A stretch of 64,000 bases of DNA from Alloprevotella sp. (GCA_017476545.1 JAFUZP010000032.1:27180-91179); one strand, 5' to 3'. Counted from the first letter of the stretch, positions 30,508-42,429 are shown. Notes: generated by a model not told the origin, from the letters alone. A program made the numbers and translations.

Positions 30508-31015
30508 CGTTTGTATTTACTATGGTTACAAAAGCCTCAGGGGCAGCATCAATGTGGCGCGCTATAGCCTCAGTGTATTCTTCCTCGTGCTCCACGAAGT
30601 CATCGTCCAGCGGGTCGAAGTCCGGGAACTGCTCGTAAAGCGCCATGAACTCCTCGTCGGAGCAGTCGCTGGTCAGCACTTCGCCATGCTCCAAATACAG
30701 GCGGCGCGCTTCATAGACGAGCTTGGAGAGGTCGCGAAGCCCCCAAAGTTTCAAAGCCCTCGCGAACGGGTTTTCAAAGAAGAAGGGTCCCCAACCGTTA
30801 TGTATAAGCTGAATGAATCCGCCCTCCATGACCTCTTCCCGCATGACCCAGTATCCCCAAAGCGTCAGTTGCTCCGAGGTGAGCTTTTCCATGGCCTGGG
30901 CAGTAATTTCCCCGCCTGCCGCATCGCTGATGGCGTGGACAAAAACGCTCACAAACGCCTCCATGCCTTTCGATGCCGCTTCGCGGATTTCCGTATCGGT
31001 GAGTTTGATTTCCAT
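30491..31015 (-). CDS. DMP19/DUF4375 family acidic protein
   Basis: [10 protein letters not shown] motif; very acidic C-terminus ([14 protein letters not shown]). Confidence 0.75.
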   Translation of the reverse strand: MEIKLTDTEIREAASKGMEAFVSVFVHAISDAAGGEITAQAMEKLTSEQLTLWGYWVMREEVMEGGFIQLIHNGWGPFFFENPFARALKLWGLRDLSKLVYEARRLYLEHGEVLTSDCSDEEFMALYEQFPDFDPLDDDFVEHEEEYTEAIARHIDAAPEAFVTIVNTNDDSEE

Positions 31016-31087
31016 AATGCTGCGCAAAAATAGTCGTTGCCAGGGGAATATCCAAAAATACGTTCCCTTTCTTCTTGCCGTCCCAGC

Positions 31088-32437
31088 CTATCTGCGCATT
31101 TTCTCCACGAGTGTCTTCATCCCCTTTATCTTCTCCCCCGCCACTTGCCGCAACGCTTCCGCCGCGCACGAGGTGCGTAACGCCACATAAGCGTGGTGGT
31201 CGTAGATGTCGATGCGCCCGATGTCGGTGGCGCGAAGCCCTCCTTGTTTGCAGAAGAAGCCCACCACATCACCCCGGGACAGTTTCTGTTTGCGGCCACG
31301 CCCGATATAGATGGATGTCCATGCCGGAAGCAGCGGCTTCGGGGATGCCTTTCCTGATAGCAGGTCCGCATCAAGAACGACTTCCTCAAATTCCCCTGGA
31401 ACAAACTGCGGCATAATTTCAGAAGGTCCTAAGATAAAATAATTGTCGCCGGTGCGATTCCAGCGCGCAGTGCGCCCAGAACGGTGTACATAGTCCTCTT
31501 CGCGAAGCGGCAAGTGGTAGTGGATGACCGCCGCCACATCTGGGATATCTAAGCCCCGCGCCGCCAAGTCCGTCGCGATGAGTATGTTGGCTGAACCCGC
31601 ACGGAACTTGAAGAGCGCACGTTCGCGGAGCTCCTGCTCCATTCCGCCATGATAAATCTCTCCGGCATAGCCCTGCCGGGAAAGCCACTCCCCTACCCGC
31701 TCAGCACTCTCGCGGTGGGAAACGAACACAATGGCCTGGGGGGCAGGTGCGTCAGCCACAGGGCGGCGTAAAACTTCAGTCAGCGTAGCGGAAAGCGTAA
31801 CGAGCTTGTCACGCTCGGGGCTGCGCACATATTTATTTTTTACACGCGCGCGAAGCTCGGCGGCTCCGGAGAGAAAATCAAGCCGCATGGCACGGGCGGA
31901 ACCTTCGGGCAGGAAGTCTGGAATGGCTGTTGCATCGGTAGCAGAAAGCAGGACGGTCTGGGTGAGTCCCGAAAGCCGCTCAAGTATTCGTTTCATGGCC
32001 TCCTGGAAGCCCAACTCCAGGCATTTGTCGAACTCATCTATCACAAGTGTCTGTAGTGCCGTAGGGTCAATATTCCCTTTGTCCAGGTGGTCATTAATAC
32101 GACCGGGAGTAGCAAACAGTGCTGTCGGCTGTAAGGCGCGCAGAAGCCTGTGCTCGTCCATTGCAGGCCGCCCGCCGTGTAGGCTCATCGCGGGGATGCC
32201 TGTGCGCATCTGCTTCCATACTGCACACGACTGCTGCGCCAATTCGCGCGTTGGGCAAATGACAAGAAAAGGTTTCCTGGGAGTTCGCTCAGCCAAAGGG
32301 AGCAGGTAGGCCAGTGTCTTACCTGTACCCGTCGGTGCCAGCAGCACTACATTACGGCCCGACCCAATAGCAATACGGGCTTCTTCCTGCATAGGAGTAA
32401 GCGCCTCTATGGATAAATTTTTCAAAAACCGGTTCAT
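31088..32437 (-). CDS. dbpA: DEAD-box RNA helicase, DbpA-like
   Basis: APTGTGKT, PTRELA, DEFD, SAT, ARGLD and HRSGRTAR motifs; C-terminal GRKQKLSRGDVVG RNA-binding domain. Confidence 0.8.
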   Translation of the reverse strand: MNRFLKNLSIEALTPMQEEARIAIGSGRNVVLLAPTGTGKTLAYLLPLAERTPRKPFLVICPTRELAQQSCAVWKQMRTGIPAMSLHGGRPAMDEHRLLRALQPTALFATPGRINDHLDKGNIDPTALQTLVIDEFDKCLELGFQEAMKRILERLSGLTQTVLLSATDATAIPDFLPEGSARAMRLDFLSGAAELRARVKNKYVRSPERDKLVTLSATLTEVLRRPVADAPAPQAIVFVSHRESAERVGEWLSRQGYAGEIYHGGMEQELRERALFKFRAGSANILIATDLAARGLDIPDVAAVIHYHLPLREEDYVHRSGRTARWNRTGDNYFILGPSEIMPQFVPGEFEEVVLDADLLSGKASPKPLLPAWTSIYIGRGRKQKLSRGDVVGFFCKQGGLRATDIGRIDIYDHHAYVALRTSCAAEALRQVAGEKIKGMKTLVEKMRR

Positions 32438-32544
32438 TATGCATCAATTGCGTTTGATAGGGCAAAGTTAGGCATATACTTTCTGCTGCGCAAGTAGTGC
32501 CATAGAAAAAGCGCGTAGTAGTAGGAGCCCATTTTGATGAGACG

Positions 32545-32578
32545 AAAAAATCCCGCCACATACCAAGCGGCGGGATTT
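32545..32578 (-). terminator. Intrinsic terminator after glgP
   Basis: Minus strand aaatcccgcc...ggcgggatttttt. Confidence 0.75.
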
Positions 32579-32614
32579 GGAAGTTCACAATTTCTGCTTA
32601 ACGGAGAAGGTGTC

Positions 32615-35176
32615 TTAATTGAACCACCGTACATAGCAGAAGTCCTGCCTATGCGGTAGGAGGTGACTCTTGGGGTACATCCGATAAGCAGCCTTGAATG
32701 TCCCGGCAATGTCTATGGATGTCTTCACCTCAAAGGTGTAAAGATTACCTTCACGCTTGACAACGTTCATCGGGATGACGCGCTCAAGGTGATCTTGCCC
32801 GTCGGTGTTGCTGACTAGTACGAGGTCAATGCCGATGGCATCCTCAAGTCCCTGCTCATCAACCGTGTGGCGCACACAAAATTCCTGCCCGCTAATCAGT
32901 TGCTGGGCATCAGACACGTCACAACGCTCGGTGCTCACGACTTTAATCTCGTCCCACCGCTCAGCGACAAGCTCCTTCCATGCAGCAATCTCCTTGGCCA
33001 GCTTGTTCCCATCGGCACTGAGAAGCTGGAATCGCTTGGCCTGCGGGGTGTAGAACTTGTCGAAGTAGTCGTCCAGCTGGCGCTTCATAGTGTAGTGCGG
33101 GGCTATCTGTGCGATGGAGTTCTTCACCGTCCGAATCCAATTCTCGCTGTAGCCCTTCCTGTTCCGTGCGAAGTAAAGCGGGATTATCTCCTGCTCCAGT
33201 AAGCCGTAAATGGTGGATGCGTCGAGTTTGTCCTGGTGTTCTTGGTTCTGGTACGTGCGTTTCTCGGTAAGTGCCCAGCCTGCGCCTTCACGATAGCCCT
33301 CATACCACCAACCGTCCAGTACGGAAAGGTTTACTACGCCGTTCATCAGCGCCTTCTCACCACTGGTTCCGCTGGCCTCAAGGGGGCGCGTCGGCGTATT
33401 CATCCAGATGTCCACCCCGCTTACTAGGCGGCGGGCGAGGTGCATGTCGTAGTTTTCAAGAAAGAGAATCTTACCTATGAACTCGGGACGCTGGGATATT
33501 TCAAAAATACGCTTAATCAGTCCCTGACCGGCGCCGTCTGCGGGATGCGCCTTCCCGGCAAAGATGAACTGCACGGGATAGTCGGGATTGTTTACAATCT
33601 TGGAAAGGCGGTCGAGATCGCTGAACAGGAGATGCGCACGCTTATAAGTGGCAAAGCGGCGCGCAAAGCCTATGAGCAACGCATTGGGATTTATTTTGTC
33701 CAACAGGCTGACAACGCGGCTCGGATCGCCTTGGTTCTTAAGCCATGTCTCACGGAAGCGATCGCGGATATAGTCGATGAGCTTTGTCTTTAGTGCCATG
33801 CGGGTTTGCCATACCACCTCATCGGGCACTTCGTATATCTTCTCCCAAATTTTCTCATTGGACTCATCAGAAAGAAATGACTGGTCGAAGTATTTGTTGT
33901 GAACGGTCTTCCATTCTTTCGCACTCCACGTTGGGTAATGCACACCGTTGGTAACGTAGCCGACATGGCTCTCTTCCGGGAAATAACCGCGCCAGATTCC
34001 ATTGAACATCTTTTTGGATACTTCACCATGAAGCCAGCTTACGCCGTTCACTTCCTGACATGTTTTGCAGAGGAACGTGCTCATGCAGAATTTTTCACCG
34101 TGATCCTCGGGATTAGTCCGGCCAAGCCCCATGAAATCGTCCCAAGTAATGCCGAGTTTCTCAGGGACATTTCCCAAGTATTTCCCAATCAGGCTCTCTT
34201 CAAAGTAGTCGTGCCCGGCGGGAACGGGGGTATGGACTGTATAAAGGCTGGAGGCACGGACGAGTTCCAGGGCCTGGTTGAACGTCAGCCCATCCTCCAC
34301 ATAGTCAAGAAGCCGCTGTACGTTGCAGAATGCGGCATGTCCCTCGTTACAATGATACACATCCTTCTTGATTCCGAGGCGCTGAAGGGCGAGCATACCA
34401 CCAATGCCGAGCAGGTATTCCTGCCTCATGCGGTTTTCCCAGTCGCCCCCGTAGAGCGTATGCGTGATGCTGCGGTCATATTCGCTGTTCTGCTGGATGT
34501 CTGTGTCTAGCAAATAAAGGCTTATGCGCCCGACATTCACTTTCCACACGGCGGCATAGACGACGTGATCGGGGAAAGGAACTTCTACAACAAGCATATT
34601 TCCGTCTTCCCCAAGGACACGCTCCAACGGCAGGCAGTCAAAATCTTGGGGCTCGTAATTCGCGATCTGCTGACCATCCATTGATAACGTCTGGGCGAAG
34701 TATCCGTAGCGATAGAGAAAGCCTACGCCGCACATATCGGCGTTTGAGTCACTTGCTTCCTTCATGTAGTCACCAGCGAGGATACCTAAGCCACCACTAT
34801 ATATCTTGAGAATGTGGAATAGGCCGTACTCCATGCAGAAATAGGCCACGCTTGGGCGGGACTTATCAGGAGTAACATCCATATAGGTGCGGAACTTGTT
34901 GTACACTTTGTCCATGCGGGCAACGAGTTCCTCGTCCTTAGCGAGTTCTTTCAGGCGTTCATAACTTAGGCGGCGCAGCATCTCTATGGGGTTCTGGTCG
35001 GTTTTGTCAAACAGCTCCCGGTCTACGCTGCGAAAAAGGTCGCGTGCATCAGCGTTCCAGGTCCACCAAAGGTTACGGCTCAGGGTGTCGAGTTTCTCTA
35101 ACCCGGCGGGAATGTGGCTTTTCACATTGACGATGCTCCATTGGGGCTCGTTAGCGTTGCTTACTTGTACTTTCAT
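32615..35176 (-). CDS. glgP: Alpha-glucan (glycogen) phosphorylase
   Basis: [24 protein letters not shown] and EASGTSGEK motifs. Confidence 0.95.
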   Translation of the reverse strand: MKVQVSNANEPQWSIVNVKSHIPAGLEKLDTLSRNLWWTWNADARDLFRSVDRELFDKTDQNPIEMLRRLSYERLKELAKDEELVARMDKVYNKFRTYMDVTPDKSRPSVAYFCMEYGLFHILKIYSGGLGILAGDYMKEASDSNADMCGVGFLYRYGYFAQTLSMDGQQIANYEPQDFDCLPLERVLGEDGNMLVVEVPFPDHVVYAAVWKVNVGRISLYLLDTDIQQNSEYDRSITHTLYGGDWENRMRQEYLLGIGGMLALQRLGIKKDVYHCNEGHAAFCNVQRLLDYVEDGLTFNQALELVRASSLYTVHTPVPAGHDYFEESLIGKYLGNVPEKLGITWDDFMGLGRTNPEDHGEKFCMSTFLCKTCQEVNGVSWLHGEVSKKMFNGIWRGYFPEESHVGYVTNGVHYPTWSAKEWKTVHNKYFDQSFLSDESNEKIWEKIYEVPDEVVWQTRMALKTKLIDYIRDRFRETWLKNQGDPSRVVSLLDKINPNALLIGFARRFATYKRAHLLFSDLDRLSKIVNNPDYPVQFIFAGKAHPADGAGQGLIKRIFEISQRPEFIGKILFLENYDMHLARRLVSGVDIWMNTPTRPLEASGTSGEKALMNGVVNLSVLDGWWYEGYREGAGWALTEKRTYQNQEHQDKLDASTIYGLLEQEIIPLYFARNRKGYSENWIRTVKNSIAQIAPHYTMKRQLDDYFDKFYTPQAKRFQLLSADGNKLAKEIAAWKELVAERWDEIKVVSTERCDVSDAQQLISGQEFCVRHTVDEQGLEDAIGIDLVLVSNTDGQDHLERVIPMNVVKREGNLYTFEVKTSIDIAGTFKAAYRMYPKSHLLPHRQDFCYVRWFN

Positions 35177-35198
35177 TGTGCGTTATTTTGCTGTGTAA

Positions 35199-36863
35199 TT
35201 ATTTTTCTTTCCGTTGTAAGGCGTACTGGTAGGCCTTATAATATTGTCCGATGAAGCAGTTCCATTCTGCTTTCGCTGCGAGCTGAGCGGCTTTCCGGCG
35301 CATCATGGTTCGCAGGGAAGCCCCCGTGTCAAGTTGGCTGAGGATAATATTGGCTATTTGGCGCGCTACACCAAAATAGTTGTCGTCATCACGATGCAGG
35401 ACGGCTACTCCGTCTGTCATCAAGGAGGGTTGGTGCCCGACAGTAGCCGTTACCCACTGCCCGAAGCCGCTCAGGTCTGTCGTGATGCAAGGAGTGTGGA
35501 ATGCGCAGGCCTCAAGTGGCGTATAGCCCCAAGGTTCGTAATAACTCGGATATATGCACAAGTCGTTTGCGGTCAGTGCGGTATAGTAATCCAAGCCCAG
35601 GATACCGTCATTTCCATCTAGGTAGCAAGGAATGAGCATGACCTTTACGGGATCTTCCGGCGCATTCCAAAGTGCCAGTCCCCGTATTGTATTGACAAGA
35701 CGGTCGGTGCCAAAATCGTTCAACTCGTGGGTCAGGAATGGATGGGGCAACGGGCCGTCGCCTTTGCCCGAGGCGATGCGGTCGAGCAGGTCAGCCCTAG
35801 GCTCCCGTGTCCAACAGGGGACTTCAACAAGTGCCAGTACTCGCGTTCCCGTCTCACGGCGTTCGCGCAATATTGCGTTGAGCTGTGCTAGTGCCTCAAG
35901 GTACACATCAAAACCCTTACAGCGGTAGTCATTGCGTCCGCTAGTAGATACGATAAGTGTCTGATCCGTGAGTTGCTCACCTAGCAGTGCCGAGGCCGTG
36001 CGGAGCAGGTTGGCGCGTGCCATACGGCGCTGCCGAGTAAACGCGGCACCAGTGGGTACGATACGGCTGTCAAATCCGTTAGGGAGTACAACATCGGCCG
36101 CCTTACCGAGCAACTGGGCGCATTCCCGGTCCGTAAAAGAGCTCACGGTCGTGAAACAGTCGGCATGCAAAGCGCTTTGTTTCTCTACGCTGTGTTTTGC
36201 CTCCATATGCAGTTCACCTGCCATCTGGTCGCCGTCATAGCCATGGAAATACTTGTATAGCGGTTTATTATTGCCCGCTATGCTGCGTCCGATACTCGTG
36301 GCGTGGGTCGTAAATACGGTGGCAATGTCCGGTAGTGCCTTGGAAAGATAAAGCATCCCCAAGCCGCTCATCCATTCGTGCGCCTGATAGACAACACGCT
36401 TCCCTTTGCAAGCGTGTTTGCAGACTGCTTCAACGAAGCGTGCGGCTGCGTAAGAAAACATAGAGGCTTCATCGTAGTCGCCATAAGCCTTGAGACTGTC
36501 CACACCAAAGTCCTCCCAAGCCTGCGCGTAGATAGCGTTTTTTTGTTCAAAGAACGGGGTGAAGTCCACCAGCACCGCCACCGGCTTTCCTGTCGCTCCC
36601 GTCCAACGTCCGATGCGCACGCCGATACCTTCTTTCCGAGCCGCTTCGCGCCAAGTTTTGAGCATGCGGCGGTCTTCGCGGAAGTCCGTATTAGCTTTTT
36701 CTAGCCACAGGTCGGGGCCGATAAATACGAGGCGGTCGCCGAAATCTTCTATGAGTGTTTGGGCGCGGGAGGCCAGTACGGTATAAATACCCCCCACCTT
36801 ATTGCATACCTCCCAACTCGTCTCAAAGACATAGTCTGGACGTAGTTCTTGTTCGCTTATCAT
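35199..36863 (-). CDS. Glycogen synthase, GT3 family
   Basis: WEVCNKVGGIYTV, HEWM and PSYYEPWGYTPLE motifs; -7 box TACCTTTG at 36883-36890 supports the start at 36863. Confidence 0.9.
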   Translation of the reverse strand: MISEQELRPDYVFETSWEVCNKVGGIYTVLASRAQTLIEDFGDRLVFIGPDLWLEKANTDFREDRRMLKTWREAARKEGIGVRIGRWTGATGKPVAVLVDFTPFFEQKNAIYAQAWEDFGVDSLKAYGDYDEASMFSYAAARFVEAVCKHACKGKRVVYQAHEWMSGLGMLYLSKALPDIATVFTTHATSIGRSIAGNNKPLYKYFHGYDGDQMAGELHMEAKHSVEKQSALHADCFTTVSSFTDRECAQLLGKAADVVLPNGFDSRIVPTGAAFTRQRRMARANLLRTASALLGEQLTDQTLIVSTSGRNDYRCKGFDVYLEALAQLNAILRERRETGTRVLALVEVPCWTREPRADLLDRIASGKGDGPLPHPFLTHELNDFGTDRLVNTIRGLALWNAPEDPVKVMLIPCYLDGNDGILGLDYYTALTANDLCIYPSYYEPWGYTPLEACAFHTPCITTDLSGFGQWVTATVGHQPSLMTDGVAVLHRDDDNYFGVARQIANIILSQLDTGASLRTMMRRKAAQLAAKAEWNCFIGQYYKAYQYALQRKEK

Positions 36864-37160
36864 AGTTTCATTTTTCGGTGTGCAAAGGTACGTTTTTTTC
36901 ATTGCATACAATCTATGCTGACCCCTATTTTTTTAGCCGTTTCCACACCTTTTTGCCCAATAAACACCCCACCCATTCCGATTTTGACAGACGAACTTGG
37001 CAACTCTCCGCCCAACACCCTCTTCCTTCCCCTCAATGGAAAACATAACAAAGTAGGTTTCGCGCCTACTTGCCACGCGCGAAAACAGAAAATGGCTGCT
37101 ACAAGGATTCTGTGTGGTGGCAATTACATCTTGAACACGCGGGAGTTGGGAATCCATCCG

Positions 37161-38435
37161 CTACCACAGACGGTTCTTCCATAGCCTGTTCAGTCGCTCG
37201 CGCTGTTTCTCCTCCTGCGCATTATCCGCTGGGTTCCAGAACTTGGCGTCGTGCAGCTCGTCGGGTAGGTACCGCTGTTCGTGGAAATGCTCTGGGAAGT
37301 CGTGCGGATAGACATAACCGTCGTGATAGCCCAACTCTTTCATCAGCTTCGTCGGAGCGTTGCGCAAATGGAGCGGCACGGGGCAGTTTCCCGTCTCGCG
37401 AACGCGGGCTAAAGCCGCATCAATGCCGAGGTAGGCACTGTTTGACTTGGGGCTGTTTGCCAAATAGACGGTAGCTTCGGCCAGCGGGATGCGACCCTCA
37501 GGCCAGCCTATCTTGGCCACGGCATCAAATGCCGCATTGGCAATGAGCAACGCATTGGGGTTGGCCAATCCTATATCCTCAGAGGCACTGATGACAAGCC
37601 GCCGTGCGATGAATTTCGGATCTTCCCCCCCTTCAATCATACGGGCGAGCCAGTAGAGGGCGGCATCAGGGTCGCTTCCACGTATGCTTTTGATAAAGGC
37701 GGAAATGATGTCGTAGTGCATCTCCCCATCCTTGTCGTACGCAAGCGGGTTTTGCTGCAAACGTTCCGTAACGAGGGCGTTATCAATGACAATGGGCGTT
37801 GCTGCGTCGTCTTGCGGTGCCGTCACGATGTCCAGAATATTCAGTAATTTCCGCGCATCACCACCGCTATAACGCAGCAAGGCTTCGGTCTCGCGTACCT
37901 CAATGGGCAGTTCCTTGAGTACGATGTCTTCGGTTAGGGCGCGCTGGAGTAACTGTAGCAGCTCTTCTTTAGAGAGACTTTGGAGGACATATACTTGGCA
38001 ACGCGAAAGTAGAGGACGGATAACTTCAAACGAAGGGTTCTCCGTCGTAGCGCCGACGAGCGTTATGTCTCCTGTTTCCACTGCGGCAAGCAGACTGTCC
38101 TGCTGCGACTTGGAGAACCTGTGTATCTCATCAATGAACAGGATGGGGCTGTGCTGGTTGAAGAAGCGGTTGCTCTTGGCCTTTTCTATCACGTCCCGCA
38201 CGTCTTTAACGCCGGCACTGACCGCAGAAAGCGTGTAGAAAGGAGCTTCAATGCGGGTGGCTATGATTTTTGCCAGTGTGGTCTTTCCCACACCCGGCGG
38301 CCCCCAAAGGATGAAGGAGGCTATGCGCCCCGAGTCTATCATGCGGCGCAGGACTGCTCCCTGGCCTACAAGGTGCGTTTGCCCGATGTAGTTCTCAAGC
38401 GTTGTGGGGCGTAATCGTTCGGCAAGTGGTGTCAT
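37161..38435 (-). CDS. rarA: Replication-associated recombination protein A
   Basis: PLAERLRP, GPPGVGKT, DEIHRF, GATTENP and ISAFIKSIRGSDPDA motifs. Confidence 0.95.
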   Translation of the reverse strand: MTPLAERLRPTTLENYIGQTHLVGQGAVLRRMIDSGRIASFILWGPPGVGKTTLAKIIATRIEAPFYTLSAVSAGVKDVRDVIEKAKSNRFFNQHSPILFIDEIHRFSKSQQDSLLAAVETGDITLVGATTENPSFEVIRPLLSRCQVYVLQSLSKEELLQLLQRALTEDIVLKELPIEVRETEALLRYSGGDARKLLNILDIVTAPQDDAATPIVIDNALVTERLQQNPLAYDKDGEMHYDIISAFIKSIRGSDPDAALYWLARMIEGGEDPKFIARRLVISASEDIGLANPNALLIANAAFDAVAKIGWPEGRIPLAEATVYLANSPKSNSAYLGIDAALARVRETGNCPVPLHLRNAPTKLMKELGYHDGYVYPHDFPEHFHEQRYLPDELHDAKFWNPADNAQEEKQRERLNRLWKNRLW

Positions 38436-38443
38436 AGCGTGTT

Positions 38444-40357
38444 TTATGGGTGTTCTATTTCGGAGAGTTCCAGCCAGCGCATTTCCTTTGCCGAGAGTTC
38501 TTCGGCCAGTGCGGGCAGGCGACGGGATTTTTCCGTGAGGTCGGCAACGTCCAGCGTTCCGCTGCATAGCTCGGTTTCGAGGCTCTGCTTCTCCGCTTCC
38601 AATGCCGCGATGTCTTCTTCCAACTGCTCCATTTCGCGTTTTTCCTTGTAGGAAAGCCGGTTACCGTTCCTGTGGCGATTTACAGAAACCGATGCGCCCC
38701 CCGTTTGATTGGCGGTTTGTGCCGCTTTGGGTGCGGAAACGGGGAGTTTCTCCTTACCACTGCCCTGCGGTAAGGCTACCTCTGCCCTATACTGCGTGTA
38801 GTTTCCTGGAAAATCATCTATACGGCCATCACCTCGGAATACTAAGAGGTGGTCAACCACCTTGTCCATAAAGTAGCGGTCATGGCTCACGATAATAACA
38901 CATCCCCGGAAGGTCTGTAAGTAATCCTCCAACACTTGGAGAGTCGGGATATCAAGGTCATTTGTCGGTTCGTCAAGGATGAGGAAGTTCGGGTTGCGCA
39001 TCAGGACAATGCAAAGCTGGAGTCGCCGCCGCTCCCCCCCACTCAACTTGTAAACGTAGTCCTGTTGGCGTTCGGGCGGGAAAAGGAAATGCGTGAGAAA
39101 CTGCATAGCCGATAAACGGTGGCCACCGCCCAAATCTATTTCTTCTGCATGCTCCCGGACTGCGTCTATCACTTTCAGCCGTTCGTCAAAAGGCATTTCC
39201 TCTTGGGAAAAATAGCCGAAATTCACGGTTTCCCCCACAACGAAACGCCCTTCATCCGGCCTTTCAAGTCCGAGGAGCAGGCGGAGGAAGGTGGTCTTTC
39301 CCGTGCCATTCCCGCCTACAATCCCCATCTTTTCATAGCGGCTGAAGTTGTAGTAGAATTTATCCAGGATCGTAATTTTCTCTTCCGCGCCGAAAGCCTT
39401 TGACACATATTGTGCCTCAAAGATTTTAGATCCGATGTAGCCGCTCTTCACCTCGAGGCGTGCAGCCTTCTCTTCCGGCCGCAACCGTGCCTGGTCCTGC
39501 AGTTCGAAGAATGCGTCCTTGCGGTAACGCGCTTTTGTCCCGCGTGCTGAAGGGGTACGCCGCATCCATTCCAGTTCCCGGCGGTAGAGGTTCTGTGTGC
39601 GCAATGCCGCTGCGTCTGCCGCTGCAAGCCGCTCCGCGCGTTTCTCCAGGTAGTATGAATAATTTCCCCGGTAGGTGTAGAGGGCCTGTCGGTCAAGTTC
39701 CAGAATCTGTGAGCACACGCGGTCAAGGAAATAGCGGTCGTGGGTAACCATCAGCAGGGCGCACTTGCGTCGCTTTAGGTGGCCTTCCAGCCACTCGATC
39801 ATCCCGAGATCCAGGTGGTTGGTGGGTTCGTCAAGGATGAGCAGGTCGGGTTCAGTGAGCAGGACGTTAGCCAGAGCCACGCGCTTGAGCTGCCCCCCAG
39901 AGAGTTGGCCCACGGGCTTGTCGTACTCGGTTATGGAGAGTTTCGTAAGTACCTGCTTGGCGCGCAGTTCAAAGTCCCAGCCTCCGCGTCGCTCCATCTC
40001 GTCCGAGAGTTCAGCCAGGCCTGGTTGTCCCGGTTCCTGGAGGCACTTCTCGTAGCGCGATATGAGTGCTGAGAGTTCGCCTGCCTGGGAAAAGCAGGCG
40101 TCCAGTACGGTCATGTGGGGCGCATAGCGCGGGGTCTGTTCCAGGTAACCCAGCCGCAAATCCTTGCGGAAGGTCACGGTTCCGCTGTCGTAATCCGTCT
40201 TACCGCAAATTATGTCAAGGAGTGTGGATTTTCCCGTACCGTTCTTCGCTATCAAACCTACATGCTGCCCCTCAGCGATACTCATGGAGATGTCGGCGAA
40301 CAGCAGGCGGTCGCCGACAGACTTCGTGAGGTTCTGTATGTCAAGATAGGTCTGCAT
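38444..40357 (-). CDS. ABC-F family ATPase, Uup-like
   Basis: Two ABC cassettes (LSGG, DEPTN), no transmembrane domain, C-terminal LSYKEKRE...RWLEL coiled coil. Confidence 0.9.
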   Translation of the reverse strand: MQTYLDIQNLTKSVGDRLLFADISMSIAEGQHVGLIAKNGTGKSTLLDIICGKTDYDSGTVTFRKDLRLGYLEQTPRYAPHMTVLDACFSQAGELSALISRYEKCLQEPGQPGLAELSDEMERRGGWDFELRAKQVLTKLSITEYDKPVGQLSGGQLKRVALANVLLTEPDLLILDEPTNHLDLGMIEWLEGHLKRRKCALLMVTHDRYFLDRVCSQILELDRQALYTYRGNYSYYLEKRAERLAAADAAALRTQNLYRRELEWMRRTPSARGTKARYRKDAFFELQDQARLRPEEKAARLEVKSGYIGSKIFEAQYVSKAFGAEEKITILDKFYYNFSRYEKMGIVGGNGTGKTTFLRLLLGLERPDEGRFVVGETVNFGYFSQEEMPFDERLKVIDAVREHAEEIDLGGGHRLSAMQFLTHFLFPPERQQDYVYKLSGGERRRLQLCIVLMRNPNFLILDEPTNDLDIPTLQVLEDYLQTFRGCVIIVSHDRYFMDKVVDHLLVFRGDGRIDDFPGNYTQYRAEVALPQGSGKEKLPVSAPKAAQTANQTGGASVSVNRHRNGNRLSYKEKREMEQLEEDIAALEAEKQSLETELCSGTLDVADLTEKSRRLPALAEELSAKEMRWLELSEIEHP

Positions 40358-40449
40358 AGGTTCGATGTACGCGCTGGGACGGATTGCAAGGGCGTTCGGC
40401 ACTGCGCGCCCGCCTTGTAATCCGCCCCAGCCTTACGGTTGCGGAATCG

Positions 40450-42429
40450 TTATCCGTTCATGGAAAGAAGGAACTCCTCGTTGTTCTCCGTCCGTTCCAT
40501 GCGCTTGGAAATTTCCGTCATGGCCTCGACGGGGTTCATGTCGGCGATATATTTGCGCAACACCCACATGCGGTTCTGCGTCTGCTGCTCTTGGAGCAAA
40601 TCGTCGCGGCGTGTACTGCTCGCCACGAGGTTCACGGAAGGATAGATGCGCTTGTTGGCGAGGTTGCGGTCAAGCTGCAGTTCCATGTTACCCGTTCCCT
40701 TGAATTCTTCGAAGATGACTTCGTCCATCTTGGAGCCAGTGTCAATGAGCGCTGTGGCGATGATGGTGAGCGAGCCGCCGCCCTCAATATTGCGCGCTGC
40801 GCCGAAGAAGCGCTTCGGATGCTGCAAGGAGTTGGCGTCCACACCACCAGTGAGGACTTTTCCGCTGGCCGGGCTCACCGTGTTATAGGCACGTGCAAGG
40901 CGCGTAATGCTGTCTAAGAAAATAACAACATCGTGTCCGCACTCCACCATACGCTTGGCTTTTTCAAGTACGATATTGGCTATTTTGACGTGATGGCTGG
41001 CCGGTTCATCGAAAGTGCTGGCAATGACCTCCGCATTCACCGTGCGGGCCATGTCTGTCACTTCTTCCGGGCGTTCGTCAATGAGGAGCATCATCATGTA
41101 AGTGTCGGGATGGTTGCGCGCAATGGCATTGGCAATGTCTTTCAGCAGCCACGTCTTACCCGTTTTGGGCTGGGCTACGATTAGCGCACGCTGCCCTTTG
41201 CCGATCGGCGTGAATAGGTCCACAACGCGGCAACTGAGCGAGTCGCCCTTCCCGCTGCACAGTTTGAACTTCTCGTCTGGAAAGAGAGGAGTCAGGTGCT
41301 CAAAGGCGGCGCGGTCACGGACAACACTTGGGTCGATGCCGTTAATGCGACGGACTTTCGTGAGGGCGAAGAATTTTTCACCATCGCGGGGTATTTTCAC
41401 GAATCCCTCTACCACATCGCCGGGCTTAAGGCCGTACTGGCGTATCTGGTGTATTGACACATAAATGTCGTCGGGCGAAGTCAGGTAGTTATAGTCCGAG
41501 GAGCGGAGGAAACCGAAGCCGTCGGGCATCACCTCCAATACGCCTTGTCCTTCCAGTGTCTCCTCGGCAGTAGCAGTTACAGTGGCACGCCCGGAGAGTG
41601 CACTTTGGGAACGGACGGAGAATTGGCCGGGAGCACGCTGCTCTGGTGCGGCGGGGGCGATGTTCTCCACGTTATTATGCATGAGCGGGTCGTCCTTGAA
41701 GCGGCGGAACTTGGGCCGTTGCACAGGAGCGACGTCCACTGCCTCGTCATAGATGGGGTCGTTGTAAATCTCCGGAATATCCTTGATGATGATGAAGTCC
41801 TTGCCTGCAGAAGCGGCCTGTGCTGCGGAGCGGAGGAGGGACTGCTGCAAGTTGATGGATTTTCCCTCGGGCTTATCCACGGAAGGTGTGGAGGCTGTCT
41901 TGTCTTCTCCGGCAACTTGTCCGGCCTGTTCCAGCTGTTCTGCGACAAATTCGGGAACCTCCGCCTGGGGCTGCGGAGCGGAAGTGGCAACTTCGTCTGC
42001 GGCCGTAGCTGGTTTTTCTTCCTTTTCAGCTGCGTCAAAGGGAAGTTGGGCTGCCTCGGCTGCCGCCTTTGCGGCGGCTTCGCGGGCGGCGATTTCCGCC
42101 TTCGAGGGGCGTCCGCGCTTCCGCTTGGGCGGTGCTACCGCTTCGGGAGCGGGCTGCTCGGTCGCAGTGGGGGGTTCTTCTTTCGTTTCTTCGGTACTGG
42201 AGGTCGCTACGGGCGTAGCAGTGCTACGTTTCGTCGTGATGCGGGTGCGGCGAGTCCGTACGGGTGCGGGATTTGCCTCTGCCCCCTGCTCTGCCTGAGC
42301 CTCCAGTATGCTGTAAATGAGTGTCTGTTTGTCATCTGTCTTACGGTTTCCCGTCTTCAGCTCGTCAGCGATGGTGCGGAGTTCTTCTTCGGTCATGCCT
42401 TCAAGCTTGCTCATGGAGTAGAATGCCAT
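40450..42429 (-). CDS. rho: Transcription termination factor Rho with long N-terminal insertion
   Basis: [33 protein letters not shown] and FKGTGNMEL motifs; start MAFYS at 42429. Confidence 0.96.
   Translation of the reverse strand: MAFYSMSKLEGMTEEELRTIADELKTGNRKTDDKQTLIYSILEAQAEQGAEANPAPVRTRRTRITTKRSTATPVATSSTEETKEEPPTATEQPAPEAVAPPKRKRGRPSKAEIAAREAAAKAAAEAAQLPFDAAEKEEKPATAADEVATSAPQPQAEVPEFVAEQLEQAGQVAGEDKTASTPSVDKPEGKSINLQQSLLRSAAQAASAGKDFIIIKDIPEIYNDPIYDEAVDVAPVQRPKFRRFKDDPLMHNNVENIAPAAPEQRAPGQFSVRSQSALSGRATVTATAEETLEGQGVLEVMPDGFGFLRSSDYNYLTSPDDIYVSIHQIRQYGLKPGDVVEGFVKIPRDGEKFFALTKVRRINGIDPSVVRDRAAFEHLTPLFPDEKFKLCSGKGDSLSCRVVDLFTPIGKGQRALIVAQPKTGKTWLLKDIANAIARNHPDTYMMMLLIDERPEEVTDMARTVNAEVIASTFDEPASHHVKIANIVLEKAKRMVECGHDVVIFLDSITRLARAYNTVSPASGKVLTGGVDANSLQHPKRFFGAARNIEGGGSLTIIATALIDTGSKMDEVIFEEFKGTGNMELQLDRNLANKRIYPSVNLVASSTRRDDLLQEQQTQNRMWVLRKYIADMNPVEAMTEISKRMERTENNEEFLLSMNG

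Noticed and set aside
36150-36158. Extra CGTGAAACA half-site
   Set aside because: Lies inside the glycogen synthase CDS (CFT codons), with no partner end or array nearby.
38436-38567. Upstream-extended starts from the ORF track (rarA, porU, porV, rho, pyrG, OM factor, GT2 at 23166 and others)
   Set aside because: The extensions overlap neighbouring genes or promoter boxes and precede the family-typical N-termini, so downstream ATGs were used.
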